Positions 29,660-40,789 are shown, counted from the stretch's first letter. The stretch: DNA of 64,000 nt from a virus (IMGVR_UViG_2744054974_000002:4951-68950); one strand, 5' to 3'. Made by a program: numbers and translations. Notes: generated by a model from the sequence alone, not told the origin.

Positions 29660-30430
29660 ATGGCCGCAATAACTAGTGCTGCAATAGGGGTTGCAGCTGC
29701 AGGATACTCGATATATCAAGGAGAAGAACAAAAAAAGAAAGCAAAAGCAGAGTTTAATTCATATGAAAGAAATGATTTAAATAACGCTTATGAAGAAGTT
29801 GGTATTTCAACAGTTGGTACTAATTTGATGAGAGAAGAAGCTCAACGAACTACCGCAAATATTGTTGATGCTTTACAAGGCGGAGGTAGCAGAGGGCTTG
29901 CTCTATTACCAGCTTTACAAGCTAATACTAACCAAGTTAATCGACAGATTCAAAAAGATATTGATGATCAAGTCATCCAACGAGAATATGCAATCGCTGG
30001 AGAAGATTCTCGTATCATGGGTATTAAAGAACAACGAGATAATCAAAATATTGCTGCTCTTGGAAGTCAATATATGGCAGGAGAACAAAATACTTGGAAT
30101 GGAATCAATGGAGCGATTGCGGCTGCTGGTTCATTAGGTAGTGCTATTGGTTCAAATCCTAATACTAGTCCAACCCCACAGTCGGCCAATGAAATTCCTA
30201 CACCGCAATCAAGAACTAACATGTCTCTAGCAGGTTCTATTTCACATCCTAGTTTTCAATCATTATCCCCAATGACAAATAGTAGTGGACGAAGAATGGA
30301 AGCTTCATTATCTAATTCAATAACTCCTTCTTACATGGGTTATGATCCATTTTTTAATTCAAGGTTCCAACTATCGCCAATAGTTCCCTTTACTACAGAA
30401 AAAAATATGAATTATAAAATTAATATATAA
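29660..30430 (+). CDS. internal virion (ejection) protein 1
   Basis: A/G-rich hydrophobic N-terminus, Q/N-rich helical body. Confidence 0.65.
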   Translation: MAAITSAAIGVAAAGYSIYQGEEQKKKAKAEFNSYERNDLNNAYEEVGISTVGTNLMREEAQRTTANIVDALQGGGSRGLALLPALQANTNQVNRQIQKDIDDQVIQREYAIAGEDSRIMGIKEQRDNQNIAALGSQYMAGEQNTWNGINGAIAAAGSLGSAIGSNPNTSPTPQSANEIPTPQSRTNMSLAGSISHPSFQSLSPMTNSSGRRMEASLSNSITPSYMGYDPFFNSRFQLSPIVPFTTEKNMNYKINI

Positions 30431-30432
30431 TT

Positions 30433-31875
30433 ATGGCAGGAAATCACACTAGCGTTTATGCTCCATCTCAAGCTTCTGGTTTTAATCTTGCTGAAACAAT
30501 AGGTCAACAGGAAAGATTGAATCTTGCTCGTAAGGACCAACAAATGCGTGAGCAACAACTAGAAGAACATCGCCGAGACAAACAACTTGCTCGGGATGAG
30601 AAGTTGCGTGAACGTCTTATGAAAACGATTCAGAACTATGATACTGGCTCAGCTTCATTAAACGAACTACAAGGGCGTATGATTATGCAGGCTGTTAACC
30701 GTAAAGGGGAAATATACAATCAGCTACGCAAGGGGAATTTGAGTGATTCAGAAAGGATTAAACTCGAAATGGAAAACATGAACTTAGACAATCTTCCTTC
30801 AAACCTAAAAGTGGCTACTCAAAATTTCACTAAAATGAATCAGGACTACATGGAAGGAGTGAAAAGCGGATCCCTTTTCAGAAATCTCGATTTTGAAAAA
30901 AAGGTATTGAATGGTTTTGAAAACTACTTGGGAGGTATAGATGAAAATGGTTTTCCGTTAGTCGGTTTTAAAGATATAGATGGTGATGGAAAAATGGATT
31001 TAATGCCATGGGATAATTTAAAAGATGGTATTGGTGTTTGGGAGTTTCAGCCTAAAATGGATTATGACAAAATGATTACTGAGATGTCGGAAGGATTGGG
31101 AACTGTAAAAACTAAAGACCGAGAAGGTTATGATATCATAACAGAAAAAGGAATTCCTCTTGAAGTGGCTCAATCTTCAGCCCAATCCATGATGTATGAT
31201 TCAAACGGATACTTAACAAACTTTGCAAAATCAAGACTTACAGAGCTTGGTTATGATCATAGAAACCCTGACGAAGAAACTTTAAAAGGTATAGAACGAG
31301 ATGTAGCTGAAAGAATTCTTAATTCAAAGGACCGAGAAAGTTTACGTGAACGCGATACAACTTCAGAGCAAGGAGCGCTGAATCGTGCTCAACGCGAAAG
31401 GATTCATCAAGACAATAAAGCAAAAGAAACAGAAACGAGTATTGGAGAATCCGTAGAACCAACAAAAAACACTTGGGGAAATCACTACGAAAAAATTGCT
31501 CCTGGAGCTATGAGTGTTCCCGTTGATGGAAAAGTGAAGTTAGAAGCAATCGATCTACAAGATAATGGAAAGCCAAAAACATTATCCAATGTAACTGTTG
31601 ACAACTTCACCTATTCTAAAGACGGAAGAATGATTATTACGGGAAGTTATCCAGAAGGCAAAACCACTGTAAATCTTGGTCAATTTGGAGAAGGTGGTAA
31701 AAGCACTTCTACTGAAAACAAAAAAATGAAAACCATTGTTTCGAAAGAAACAGAAAGCCGAATAGCAAAGATGCTTAATACTACTACTGAAGAATTAAAG
31801 CAACGTGCGAACTACACTAAACAAAATATGTCAACCAACGAATTGCCCGATTTTAATGAACTACCTGATTTATAA
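30433..31875 (+). CDS. internal virion (ejection) protein 2
   Basis: Position and coiled-coil N-terminus. Confidence 0.6.
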   Translation: MAGNHTSVYAPSQASGFNLAETIGQQERLNLARKDQQMREQQLEEHRRDKQLARDEKLRERLMKTIQNYDTGSASLNELQGRMIMQAVNRKGEIYNQLRKGNLSDSERIKLEMENMNLDNLPSNLKVATQNFTKMNQDYMEGVKSGSLFRNLDFEKKVLNGFENYLGGIDENGFPLVGFKDIDGDGKMDLMPWDNLKDGIGVWEFQPKMDYDKMITEMSEGLGTVKTKDREGYDIITEKGIPLEVAQSSAQSMMYDSNGYLTNFAKSRLTELGYDHRNPDEETLKGIERDVAERILNSKDRESLRERDTTSEQGALNRAQRERIHQDNKAKETETSIGESVEPTKNTWGNHYEKIAPGAMSVPVDGKVKLEAIDLQDNGKPKTLSNVTVDNFTYSKDGRMIITGSYPEGKTTVNLGQFGEGGKSTSTENKKMKTIVSKETESRIAKMLNTTTEELKQRANYTKQNMSTNELPDFNELPDL

Positions 31876-31878
31876 TCG

Positions 31879-34800
31879 ATGGACAATAAAAAATACGCTT
31901 TCAACGGAAAAGAATACTCCTATTCAGATTTACAATCAAAATATGGAGATAAAACAGATCAAGCTATTTCTAAGTTTGGTTTTAAAGAAGTAATTACTGA
32001 GCCAAAATACACATTTAATGGTAAGGAATATTCTCGTTCACAACTACAAGACAAATATGGTGATAGAACCGATGAGGCTATTTCTAAGTTTGGCTTTGAA
32101 CAAGTAGGTTCAAAAAAAAAAGATGTTTCCGATTCTTCTGTTCCTCAGCAAAATTCGGAATCCAATTCGAAAAATGGTTCTGTGGATTATGGAAACAGAA
32201 ATGATGGCACCAAAAAAGGCAGAGGCTATTTTGGTGAACTAAAAATGAAAGATGGTAGTAATGATTTTGCTACTGAAATATCTATCGGAGTTAATATTGA
32301 TGGAAAAGAAAGAGAAATACCAACTTTAGTACCTACTCTAAGTGAATCAGAAAAAGATTGGCTTTTAAAAGGAAATGATCCTAATGATAGAAGTGAAATA
32401 GGTGAGAAAATTATTGGAAAAGCTATTAAACATGCTAGAGGAAGAATAGCCTCTAATAAATCTCCTTTTTATGAAGGAAACGTCGAAGGTACACTTGCTT
32501 GGAACCAACAAAAAATAAAAGAAAGCACCCCTGAAATAACCAAACTGTTTGATACATACCAAACAGCTAAAACTGTTTCTGACGAAAAGAAACAAGAAAT
32601 TATTCAGTCTGTTGAGGATGAAGTAAATCAAAGTGGTTGGTGGAATAACATCAAAGCTTATGGTAAAAAAGGATTTAATGCGATGGTGGATGCTGCCGTT
32701 TCTTTTTCTGGAATTCCCAAAAGTAGCCACCAAGACATAAAAGAGAAGTTTCAATTACAGACCAATCCACTTGCTAACGAACTCAAAGAAGTAGACAATC
32801 AAATTAAGCAAGAGGTAGCAAATGCTAAAAAAGAAAATAGACCTGCCAAAACATTAACTGATGATCAGCGAATTACTAAAGCCAAGGAGCTGAAAATTGA
32901 AAAAGAAATTACCTCTCAATCCGAAACTCAGGTTAGGTCATATCTAAAAGATGCTCAGAAAGAAGTGGACAAATTCGGTATGTCTGACAAGGACAAGCTT
33001 AATTTATTTCAAACAAGCGAACTCGCCTCTTTATCAGAGAAAGACAAACTAAACCTTACTCAACAAAACATTCAGCGATTAGAGATTGACAATATCCAAA
33101 ATGAAGTAAAAAATCTAGTTAGTAAAGCCCAGAAGGGAGAAATTACTGAGGAAGAATATATTCAACGAGGACAAGAATTAGATTCGCGATATAAAGGTGT
33201 AATTCAAGAATCTTTAAACACATTTCAAGAATTTGTTTCTAATCAAAAAGATATTGGAGAAGCAAAGGATAATATTGATGTTTTAAAGCGTAATTATGGT
33301 TGGTTGAAAAACTTTGCTGACAATGCAGGTGCAACGGGGTTAGATTTGACAGCCGGGCTTCTTGATGTTATGAATTGGGCAAACGAGGTTAATGGCTTTG
33401 AAAGTTCCAATGCTACAAAGCAAATCAGAAATGCTTCTAAACTATTAACTGACACTGCAACAGATGTACGCGAAGGAATAGCTAAACCTATTTCAGTTGA
33501 AAACATAAATACTCTAGGTGATTTTGGACAGTGGTTTTCAAATACTGCCTTGGCTTCTCAAATTCCAATTTATGCAGCAGTCGCAACAGGAATTGGTGGT
33601 ATAGGTCTTTTGGGTATTTCTGCTACTGGTACTCAATGGGAAGAAATGCAAGAAGAAATAGACAAAGGCGAAGTGGATTATAACTACTTGCAAAAAACGT
33701 TAGTTCCTCTTGGATATGGGGTTTCTGAAACTGTTTCCGCTTATGTTGACCGTCTTGTTTTGATGAATTCCGCAAGAATCATTCAATCGGCTACGGCTCC
33801 AGAAAGAAAAATGATTGCGCAAGGAATGTGGAAAGGTGTTTTAAATACTGGAAAAGAAGTCGGGAAGAATGCTGTTTTTGAAGGTTCTGATGAAGCTGCT
33901 ACTGAAATCATGCAAAATTTAATGGATATCTACGCTCTTGATAAAAAAGATGTAGGTGTGTTTGATAATGTTTTGGATGCTTCTGCAGCTGGTTTTGCTA
34001 TGGGAGCAATTATTCCATTTTCCGCTAGTGTTGTTTCAAGAGCAATTAAACCTTTCTCTTTAGATTCAAGAATTGATCAAGCTAATCGTGAAATCTTAAA
34101 ATTAGAAAAAGCTTTAGATGACAGCTCTTTATCTCTAGCTAATAGAACTATCGTAGAAAGTCAATTGTCTAAAGCAAAGTTGAGAAACCAAGAGCTACTT
34201 GAAGAAGAGGTAAAAGGTATTTCAAATTTATCTAACCAGGAGTTTGAAGCAATTAAGAGAATTGAAAAAACACAATCGAATTTAAAGCAACAAGCAAAAG
34301 AGATTCAGTCTTCTGAATTAGAACAAGGTTTAAAGGACCAGATTGTTTCCAATTTAAAACAAGAGTTTGAAGCAATAGAAAACGACAGAATCGGTATTTT
34401 AAACCGAGATTCTAACGCTTTACTTAATCTACTTCCACAAGAAGAAGTTATTCGCTTAAAAGACGAAGCAGGTAGAGAATTGATGCAAGAGAAAAATCCT
34501 GATGGTACCAAAAACATTACCATTGAGGATAAAGAAATTTCTGAACGTGCTTTAGAAAATTACAGAAAACAAAGTTTACCAAATGAAACAGCACAAACAG
34601 AAGATATTGTTGATGATGGAAATACTCAACCTTCAAATGAGCAGTTGGACTCAGTACAAGGAGAACTTAACAACGGGAAGAAAGGAGATAATCAAACACA
34701 AGAGATACAATCCGCCGAAACAACTGAACGACCTCAAGTAATCAAAGCTTCTGATAATGGTCGAGAATACTCCATTTCAAATGAAGAAGGTAGAATCGTG

Positions 34801-37800
34801 TTTAAAGACAGACAGGGTAATTTACCTAGTAAAAGAACGCATAATCGCCTTTCATTGGAATATGCTAAACAAACTAATTTAACAGAGGGTAAACGCGCTC
34901 ATGAAGTTGAAGGTGTTACTGATAGTAGCGAACTAGCTAACATGACAGCAAAAGAAGCTAATAAATTCATTGCAGAAAAGTCTGAAAGTCCACTTGAAAT
35001 TGCTGAAACTATACTTGGTAATGAGATTGAAGATTATAGAAATGGAGTCGATTATAAGCAAAAGGTAATTGCTGAGAACTTGGGGCATGTCAGCCGTGAA
35101 AGTTTTATTCAAAATTCTGACGAGGTACATGCAAAAGAAGGAGGAAGCATCCCTATTCAATATCTACGTAAAGACGGAACTCCCCTAGATACTAAAGCAA
35201 AAGAACTAAGCGAAATCGCAGGAATTGAAATTACAGAACAAGATATTGTTGATTTCATTCTTGAGAATCCAACCGGTCCACAAACGTTTTTGAATAATGG
35301 TTTTCATTCGGATATCAATTCTTTAAAAGCGAAGTTTGAAGAGTTAACAGGATTGCCAGCGACAAATGAAGTTATCCAAGAAATTGTAAGTCAGAATGAA
35401 AGAAAATTACAACTTCAAGAACAAATGACCTCAATAGACTTTATGTCTGATGAAGAATTATTACATTTACTTAACCAAAGAGAACAATATGAGCAAGAAA
35501 CAGCTAACGCCAGCACAAAGGGAGTACGTGAAATTGCAGATAGCAAAAACAATGAAGGAGAATCCAGAGTACAACAAGATGGTTCAAGAGAGAATCAAGG
35601 AACTGAAAGCTCAGGAAGCCGAGAAGCCGAAGGAGAACGAGTAAACCTACCAAAGTCCACTTTCAATAAACTAGTACAAACGTTCCAAAAATTCTTTGGA
35701 GCAGGTAATGTGCATAGTGATTCTAACAAACTTGCCAAAGTATTAGGACAAGATCCTGAATTTGTTAAATTTCAAGTAAGTGATTCCAAAACACGTGAAT
35801 TATCTATTAGAAATGACATCAATAGTCTTCGAGATAAATTATCTGAATTAAAAAAAGGAAAGACTTTCAGTGAATATACTAAAGACACGAGGGTTAAGTC
35901 TGTTTTAAAAGAAATTTCCTTATTAACAGATGAATTGACAACTTTAAAAAACAAACCAAATCCAACTTCTAAATCCAAAGAAGAAAAAAGTTATAAAAAT
36001 AAACACGAAGCTCCTGGTAAAAACGATACCCCAATACATGATTTATCGAGTGTTTATGGGGAGGATATATATTCAAATCAGGCTCATTATTATTATGGGG
36101 ATAAAATATCCAGTGAAATGGATAAAAAAACACTTTCTATTCTAAAAGATATAAAAGATAAACCAAATTCAACAATTACCGTTTATCGCGCAGTCCCTAA
36201 AGGTGTTTCCGAAATTAACAGTGGAGATTGGGTAAGTATTAATAAAGAATATGCAATAGGACATGGAGAAAACCATCTAAATGGAAAATACGATATTATT
36301 TCAAAAGAAGTTAAAGTGGATAATGTCTTTACTGACGGAAATTCTATAAATGAACAAGGTGTTGAATTCATGCAAACTCCTGATGGAACCATCTGGGGTG
36401 CAACCTATTTAAATGAGCAAGGACAGCGCGAAATCTACATTAATGAATCCTCTTTAAGTCCCGAAACACTATTACATGAAGTTTACCACCCATTTGATGA
36501 TATGATGAAACAAGCATCAGAAAACGATGACGTACATGCTCTAGTCGCTATTGGTAGACTTGATAAACTAGCAAAAGAAAATGGGTATTTAGAAACTGTT
36601 CAAAACAACCCTAACTACGCGAATAAACCACTAGAACAACAACAAGCCGAAGCAAGAGTTCAAATGATTGGTGAAATCGGTAATAAACAATTAGATAAGT
36701 CTTTCTATGAAAAATTAGAAGCTGCAGTTATTGATGCTATTGAATGGTTAGCTAAACAGTTTGGAATGTCACTTAAAAATTACTCTCCTGAGCAAATTAT
36801 TAATTTGAAACTTGAAGATATTGTAAAAGCTAGTTTGGCTAGTGCTCAAAAAGGGGAATTTAAAACTAAAAACACTTCGCCTGTTAAAATAAAAGACAAT
36901 ATAATGTCCGAATTAGAAAGCGGTAAAATAAATATAGATGATGCTATAGCTAGAGAATCGGAAGTATTAAGTAACTATAACGATGTTTATGGAAAAGATA
37001 GTAATCAAGTTTCTGAACAAAAGAAAGTCGTTGAATCTCTTCAACAATTTAAATCAGAATCAAGTAAACCTAGGGTGCAATTTTCTATAAGTTCTAAAGT
37101 GAAAGATTCTTTTGATAAGTTAAATAACAAAATAAATAAAAGTATAGGACGTGATTTAACTTTATCATTAGAGAGTTCAACAAAAGCAAATAATGAAGTT
37201 ATTTCAAAAGTAAAAAGATTATGGAATAACACATTTAAAAGCAGTGCTGGACTAAGTTCTTTTAATAAACAAAATGTTGATTTTTTTGAAATTATTAAAG
37301 GATTAGAAAGAAGTGAATCTAGTGTTATAGATGGATTAAAATATGAAACAAAACAGTTTAAATCAATACTCAGTAAAATAGGAAATAAAGACACATTAAA
37401 AGTTAAAAATGCAAAATTAAGATTGGTAAATGACTATATGTCTGGGATGGATGTTGACATTACTTTTCTTGATGCAGAAACTATTTCTCAAATAGATTTT
37501 TTCAGATCTAGAATAGATAATCTATCTAATAATATTATAGGAGTATTGCTAAAAAAAGCTTCGAAATTAGAAGATAGTTTATCAAAACAAAAAGAAAACT
37601 CTTTAACTTCTGATAGAATAAAAGAATCTATTATTAATATCTATAAAGTCATTGAAAAAATAGAAGATAATAAAGGTAAATACATTACTCGTTCATATCA
37701 AGCCTTCCTAGATAACAAATATATAGATAGGCTTACTGTTTCTAGATCAAATATGAGTGAATCGAATAGAAAAAAAATAGATAAAGCTGTGGAATATTTA

Positions 37801-39954
37801 ATTAATGAGGAAGGATTATCTAAAAAAGAAGCAGAAACTAGTATATATGAATACCTTGACTCTATTAAAAAAGGGTTTGATTCAAAGGGATATGCGTCAT
37901 CTAATAATGGAGCTGCCAAAGCACCTTTTTTAAAGAAAAGAAAAGATTTATCAAAAGAATTTAGGGAATTACTAGGCGAAGTACAAGAGCCTTTATACAA
38001 CTATGTAAATACTATTTATAGTATGAGCAACTATCTCTCTAGTCTTACATATCAAGAAAAATTATTAGAAGGGTTAATCAACAGTGGTGTTGGTTCTTAT
38101 GAATCAATTTCAGGATATACTAAATTATCTTCTAATTCAGAAAATTGGACTGTTTTATCAGATTTGTATGTGCCGAATGAATTTGCTCAAGCATTAAATG
38201 ACATACAACCTGAAGGAAGAATTAAGGAAGATTGGGCAAGAGTATTAGTAGGATTGACGGCTATTGCAAAGGTTGGCAAAACAGTTTGGTCTCCAACAAC
38301 AACAGCTAGAAACGTACTTAGCGGAGTGTTTTTAGGGGTAAATTCAGGTCATTTAACTTATAATGCAAAATATGTATCTAAGGCATTGAATCAAGCTTTT
38401 AGTACAAAATCAGTGTTTACAGAAGCAAATGCAAAACAATTAAGAGCAGAACTTATTAAACAAGGAGTTATAAATGATGGTGTTAATTCAGGAGAGTTAA
38501 GAGCAACCTTAAATGATTTTAAAAAGAATATAGATAGATTAGTTAAAACTAATGCTTTAGAAAAATCAGCTGAATCTGTTCAGACGTTATATGCTTTTGG
38601 TGATGACTTTTATAAAGTTATAGGTTACCTTACAGAGAAACAAAGATTTGTAAAGTCAGGCATGAGCGAAACAGAAGCAGCTACTAAAGCAGGTTATAGG
38701 ATTAGAGGTGGATACCCTACGTATTCTTATCTATCTCCTATGATGAAAAAATTACGAAGATTTCCTCTAATGGGAACATTTGTATCTTTTCCATACGAGA
38801 CTGTGAGAAGCACTAAGAATAATGCCTTGTATGTTTTGGAAGATCTTAAAGACGGTAGAACATCAATGGCAATGAAAAGATTAGCTGGAATGATTGTTGC
38901 TAGTGCATTACCTGCAGTACTTTCTGTTTATACCAGATCCTTAATTGGTTGGAGTGATGATGATGAACAAGCGTTAAGAAAAACACTTCCTGATTGGCAG
39001 AAAAACAGTTTATTAATATATTCTGGAATAAAGGATGGGGAACCTTCTTTTTTTGATGCCACAGCCCTATTTCCATCAGAAGTATGGTTAAAACCTATAA
39101 TGACAGCTATTGGTCAGAGAAAAGATTATGATTCTGCATTAGAGCAGCTTTCTAGTGGTATGGATGAATTTTTAAGTCCTTACTATGATGCTGATTTAAC
39201 AGTAAAAATGATGACTGAGCTATATTCTAATAAAAATCAGTATGAACAAAAAATATATGAATCAGATAATTTATTTGAAGCAATATTTAAAGACCCCGTA
39301 AAAGTAACTAATCATATAATGAAAGGAGCTGGACCAGGTGTTTATAATAATATTTCTGAATTTGCTAGAGCTAATGATATTATGCCTGAGTTCTTTGGAG
39401 AAAAAATAACAAGTTATGGACGTGAGTACACTAATGAGGACGCTTTGCTCGCTTTAGCAGGATTCAGATTTAGCACTATTAACTTTTATTCTTCAATGCT
39501 ATATATGGGATATGATTTAAAAGATGATGCAGCTAAAACAAGATATGATCTAGCTAAAAAAGCAAAAAGAAAAAAAGCTTTTAATGAAGAAGAGATTACT
39601 GATATTATTTCTGATTATAATAAGGGTTATTCTAAAGTAGAAAAGGATTTAACTAATATGATTAATACTGCCAGAAAATTAAATATGAGCGAATCTAAAA
39701 TACAAGACGCTATTTCAACCTCTTTTGCGCTATCTAAATCTGATTATCAATTTTATCTGCAAACAGGGAGACTTCCTTTGAAACCAATATCAGAAAAATC
39801 ATACAATGACTATTTAAATAAAATGGGTAATATTTACAAGGATGAAAGAATCAAATCTGATATTAAAACTTTCTTTGAGAAAAATGTAGAAAAAATTAAT
39901 AGATCAATCTATAAAGAAAATTTAAAAAAGTTAGAGAAGAAACAGCGCGGTTAA
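31879..39954 (+). CDS. giant ejection/polyvalent protein (2691 aa) with ADP-ribosyltransferase-like and zincin-like domains
   Basis: Duplicated N-terminal 35-aa repeat; H.AP...ITVYRAVP...IN.GDWVS...YA..HG...E motif set; ETLLHEVYH (HExxH); helical C-terminal region. Confidence 0.75.
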   Translation: MDNKKYAFNGKEYSYSDLQSKYGDKTDQAISKFGFKEVITEPKYTFNGKEYSRSQLQDKYGDRTDEAISKFGFEQVGSKKKDVSDSSVPQQNSESNSKNGSVDYGNRNDGTKKGRGYFGELKMKDGSNDFATEISIGVNIDGKEREIPTLVPTLSESEKDWLLKGNDPNDRSEIGEKIIGKAIKHARGRIASNKSPFYEGNVEGTLAWNQQKIKESTPEITKLFDTYQTAKTVSDEKKQEIIQSVEDEVNQSGWWNNIKAYGKKGFNAMVDAAVSFSGIPKSSHQDIKEKFQLQTNPLANELKEVDNQIKQEVANAKKENRPAKTLTDDQRITKAKELKIEKEITSQSETQVRSYLKDAQKEVDKFGMSDKDKLNLFQTSELASLSEKDKLNLTQQNIQRLEIDNIQNEVKNLVSKAQKGEITEEEYIQRGQELDSRYKGVIQESLNTFQEFVSNQKDIGEAKDNIDVLKRNYGWLKNFADNAGATGLDLTAGLLDVMNWANEVNGFESSNATKQIRNASKLLTDTATDVREGIAKPISVENINTLGDFGQWFSNTALASQIPIYAAVATGIGGIGLLGISATGTQWEEMQEEIDKGEVDYNYLQKTLVPLGYGVSETVSAYVDRLVLMNSARIIQSATAPERKMIAQGMWKGVLNTGKEVGKNAVFEGSDEAATEIMQNLMDIYALDKKDVGVFDNVLDASAAGFAMGAIIPFSASVVSRAIKPFSLDSRIDQANREILKLEKALDDSSLSLANRTIVESQLSKAKLRNQELLEEEVKGISNLSNQEFEAIKRIEKTQSNLKQQAKEIQSSELEQGLKDQIVSNLKQEFEAIENDRIGILNRDSNALLNLLPQEEVIRLKDEAGRELMQEKNPDGTKNITIEDKEISERALENYRKQSLPNETAQTEDIVDDGNTQPSNEQLDSVQGELNNGKKGDNQTQEIQSAETTERPQVIKASDNGREYSISNEEGRIVFKDRQGNLPSKRTHNRLSLEYAKQTNLTEGKRAHEVEGVTDSSELANMTAKEANKFIAEKSESPLEIAETILGNEIEDYRNGVDYKQKVIAENLGHVSRESFIQNSDEVHAKEGGSIPIQYLRKDGTPLDTKAKELSEIAGIEITEQDIVDFILENPTGPQTFLNNGFHSDINSLKAKFEELTGLPATNEVIQEIVSQNERKLQLQEQMTSIDFMSDEELLHLLNQREQYEQETANASTKGVREIADSKNNEGESRVQQDGSRENQGTESSGSREAEGERVNLPKSTFNKLVQTFQKFFGAGNVHSDSNKLAKVLGQDPEFVKFQVSDSKTRELSIRNDINSLRDKLSELKKGKTFSEYTKDTRVKSVLKEISLLTDELTTLKNKPNPTSKSKEEKSYKNKHEAPGKNDTPIHDLSSVYGEDIYSNQAHYYYGDKISSEMDKKTLSILKDIKDKPNSTITVYRAVPKGVSEINSGDWVSINKEYAIGHGENHLNGKYDIISKEVKVDNVFTDGNSINEQGVEFMQTPDGTIWGATYLNEQGQREIYINESSLSPETLLHEVYHPFDDMMKQASENDDVHALVAIGRLDKLAKENGYLETVQNNPNYANKPLEQQQAEARVQMIGEIGNKQLDKSFYEKLEAAVIDAIEWLAKQFGMSLKNYSPEQIINLKLEDIVKASLASAQKGEFKTKNTSPVKIKDNIMSELESGKINIDDAIARESEVLSNYNDVYGKDSNQVSEQKKVVESLQQFKSESSKPRVQFSISSKVKDSFDKLNNKINKSIGRDLTLSLESSTKANNEVISKVKRLWNNTFKSSAGLSSFNKQNVDFFEIIKGLERSESSVIDGLKYETKQFKSILSKIGNKDTLKVKNAKLRLVNDYMSGMDVDITFLDAETISQIDFFRSRIDNLSNNIIGVLLKKASKLEDSLSKQKENSLTSDRIKESIINIYKVIEKIEDNKGKYITRSYQAFLDNKYIDRLTVSRSNMSESNRKKIDKAVEYLINEEGLSKKEAETSIYEYLDSIKKGFDSKGYASSNNGAAKAPFLKKRKDLSKEFRELLGEVQEPLYNYVNTIYSMSNYLSSLTYQEKLLEGLINSGVGSYESISGYTKLSSNSENWTVLSDLYVPNEFAQALNDIQPEGRIKEDWARVLVGLTAIAKVGKTVWSPTTTARNVLSGVFLGVNSGHLTYNAKYVSKALNQAFSTKSVFTEANAKQLRAELIKQGVINDGVNSGELRATLNDFKKNIDRLVKTNALEKSAESVQTLYAFGDDFYKVIGYLTEKQRFVKSGMSETEAATKAGYRIRGGYPTYSYLSPMMKKLRRFPLMGTFVSFPYETVRSTKNNALYVLEDLKDGRTSMAMKRLAGMIVASALPAVLSVYTRSLIGWSDDDEQALRKTLPDWQKNSLLIYSGIKDGEPSFFDATALFPSEVWLKPIMTAIGQRKDYDSALEQLSSGMDEFLSPYYDADLTVKMMTELYSNKNQYEQKIYESDNLFEAIFKDPVKVTNHIMKGAGPGVYNNISEFARANDIMPEFFGEKITSYGREYTNEDALLALAGFRFSTINFYSSMLYMGYDLKDDAAKTRYDLAKKAKRKKAFNEEEITDIISDYNKGYSKVEKDLTNMINTARKLNMSESKIQDAISTSFALSKSDYQFYLQTGRLPLKPISEKSYNDYLNKMGNIYKDERIKSDIKTFFEKNVEKINRSIYKENLKKLEKKQRG
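35489..35644 (+). CDS. candidate overprinted small protein (51 aa, +1 frame inside the giant gene)
   Basis: MSKKQLTPAQREYVKLQIAKTMKENPEYNKMVQERIKELKAQEAEKPKENE reads as an amphipathic helical protein, while the host frame there is a low-complexity linker. Confidence 0.4.
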   Translation: MSKKQLTPAQREYVKLQIAKTMKENPEYNKMVQERIKELKAQEAEKPKENE

Positions 39955-40243
39955 TAGTGAAGTATGGTTTGAATATGAAAAGTTGGTGAAATAATAATTA
40001 ACTTTTGAATTATAAAATACTCAATACAAGCAAATTACACAATTACAATATGCATAAATAACAATAATTAACTATATTTTATCATAATACAACAAAAATG
40101 CATGATTACTTTTCTTTAAATAAAGAAAAAACAAATGCAGTTTTAAATAATTAATTTTATCATAAAAATAAATATTTATATGATAAAACAATTGCTTTTA
40201 AATACCATTTTTTAATAGTTTTGGTAATTATTAATATTTAAAA

Positions 40244-40435
40244 ATGAAAAAAACAACCATACTTATTATTGGCACACTTGTATTTGTTTTTATGACTTAT
40301 TTTAAGCGTAGTTTAGAATATTTAATATCTGTAAAAGATTGCTTTTATAAGGATTACATGTTTTACGTAGCTTTATTAATAGCTTTTTTATGCAGTTTTA
40401 TTTTTACAAGATTTATAAAATTTGAAAATAAATAA
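40244..40435 (+). CDS. small two-TM accessory membrane protein
   Basis: Two hydrophobic helices; promoter-like TAGTTTTG at 40216-40223. Confidence 0.6.
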   Translation: MKKTTILIIGTLVFVFMTYFKRSLEYLISVKDCFYKDYMFYVALLIAFLCSFIFTRFIKFENK

Positions 40436-40453
40436 GTATTAATATATTATACT

Positions 40454-40486
40454 TAAATAGAAAAGCCCCTTAATTGGGGCTTTTTA
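40454..40486. terminator. bidirectional terminator, near-duplicate of 41417-41451
   Basis: AAAAGCCCC-TTAATT-GGGGCTTTT. Confidence 0.75.
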
Positions 40487-40546
40487 CTATTAGAACAGTA
40501 TCTTTAAACAGCATTCCAATTACGCTGAGGTTAAAGAGCTATTCTT

Positions 40547-40789
40547 TTAAACTTCTGCAATACCTTTTAGAAACCTTTGCATAGCTTCATAATGATAAAC
40601 TAAATCATCTCTATGCTCTAATTTTAAATCTGCGAAATATTGAGTTCTAATAAATTGCATGAATAAAGTAGACATCGATTTTTCGATGTTAACTAATTCA
40701 TCTGTTGATTTAAACTCTCTAATAAGGTTAAATGATTTTAATAGTGATTCATAACTTGGTGTTGTAGAATCGTTTTTTAGGGCTCCCAT
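40547..40789 (-). CDS. accessory hypothetical protein
   Basis: ORF with a minus-strand TATATTTG promoter at 40851-40858. Confidence 0.6.
   Translation of the reverse strand: MGALKNDSTTPSYESLLKSFNLIREFKSTDELVNIEKSMSTLFMQFIRTQYFADLKLEHRDDLVYHYEAMQRFLKGIAEV

Noticed and set aside
30970-30999. DIDGD (DxDxD) in ejection protein 2 as a virion RNA polymerase active site
   Set aside because: The context DIDGDGKMD fits a Ca-binding DxDxDG loop, and the 480-aa protein shows no other RNAP features.
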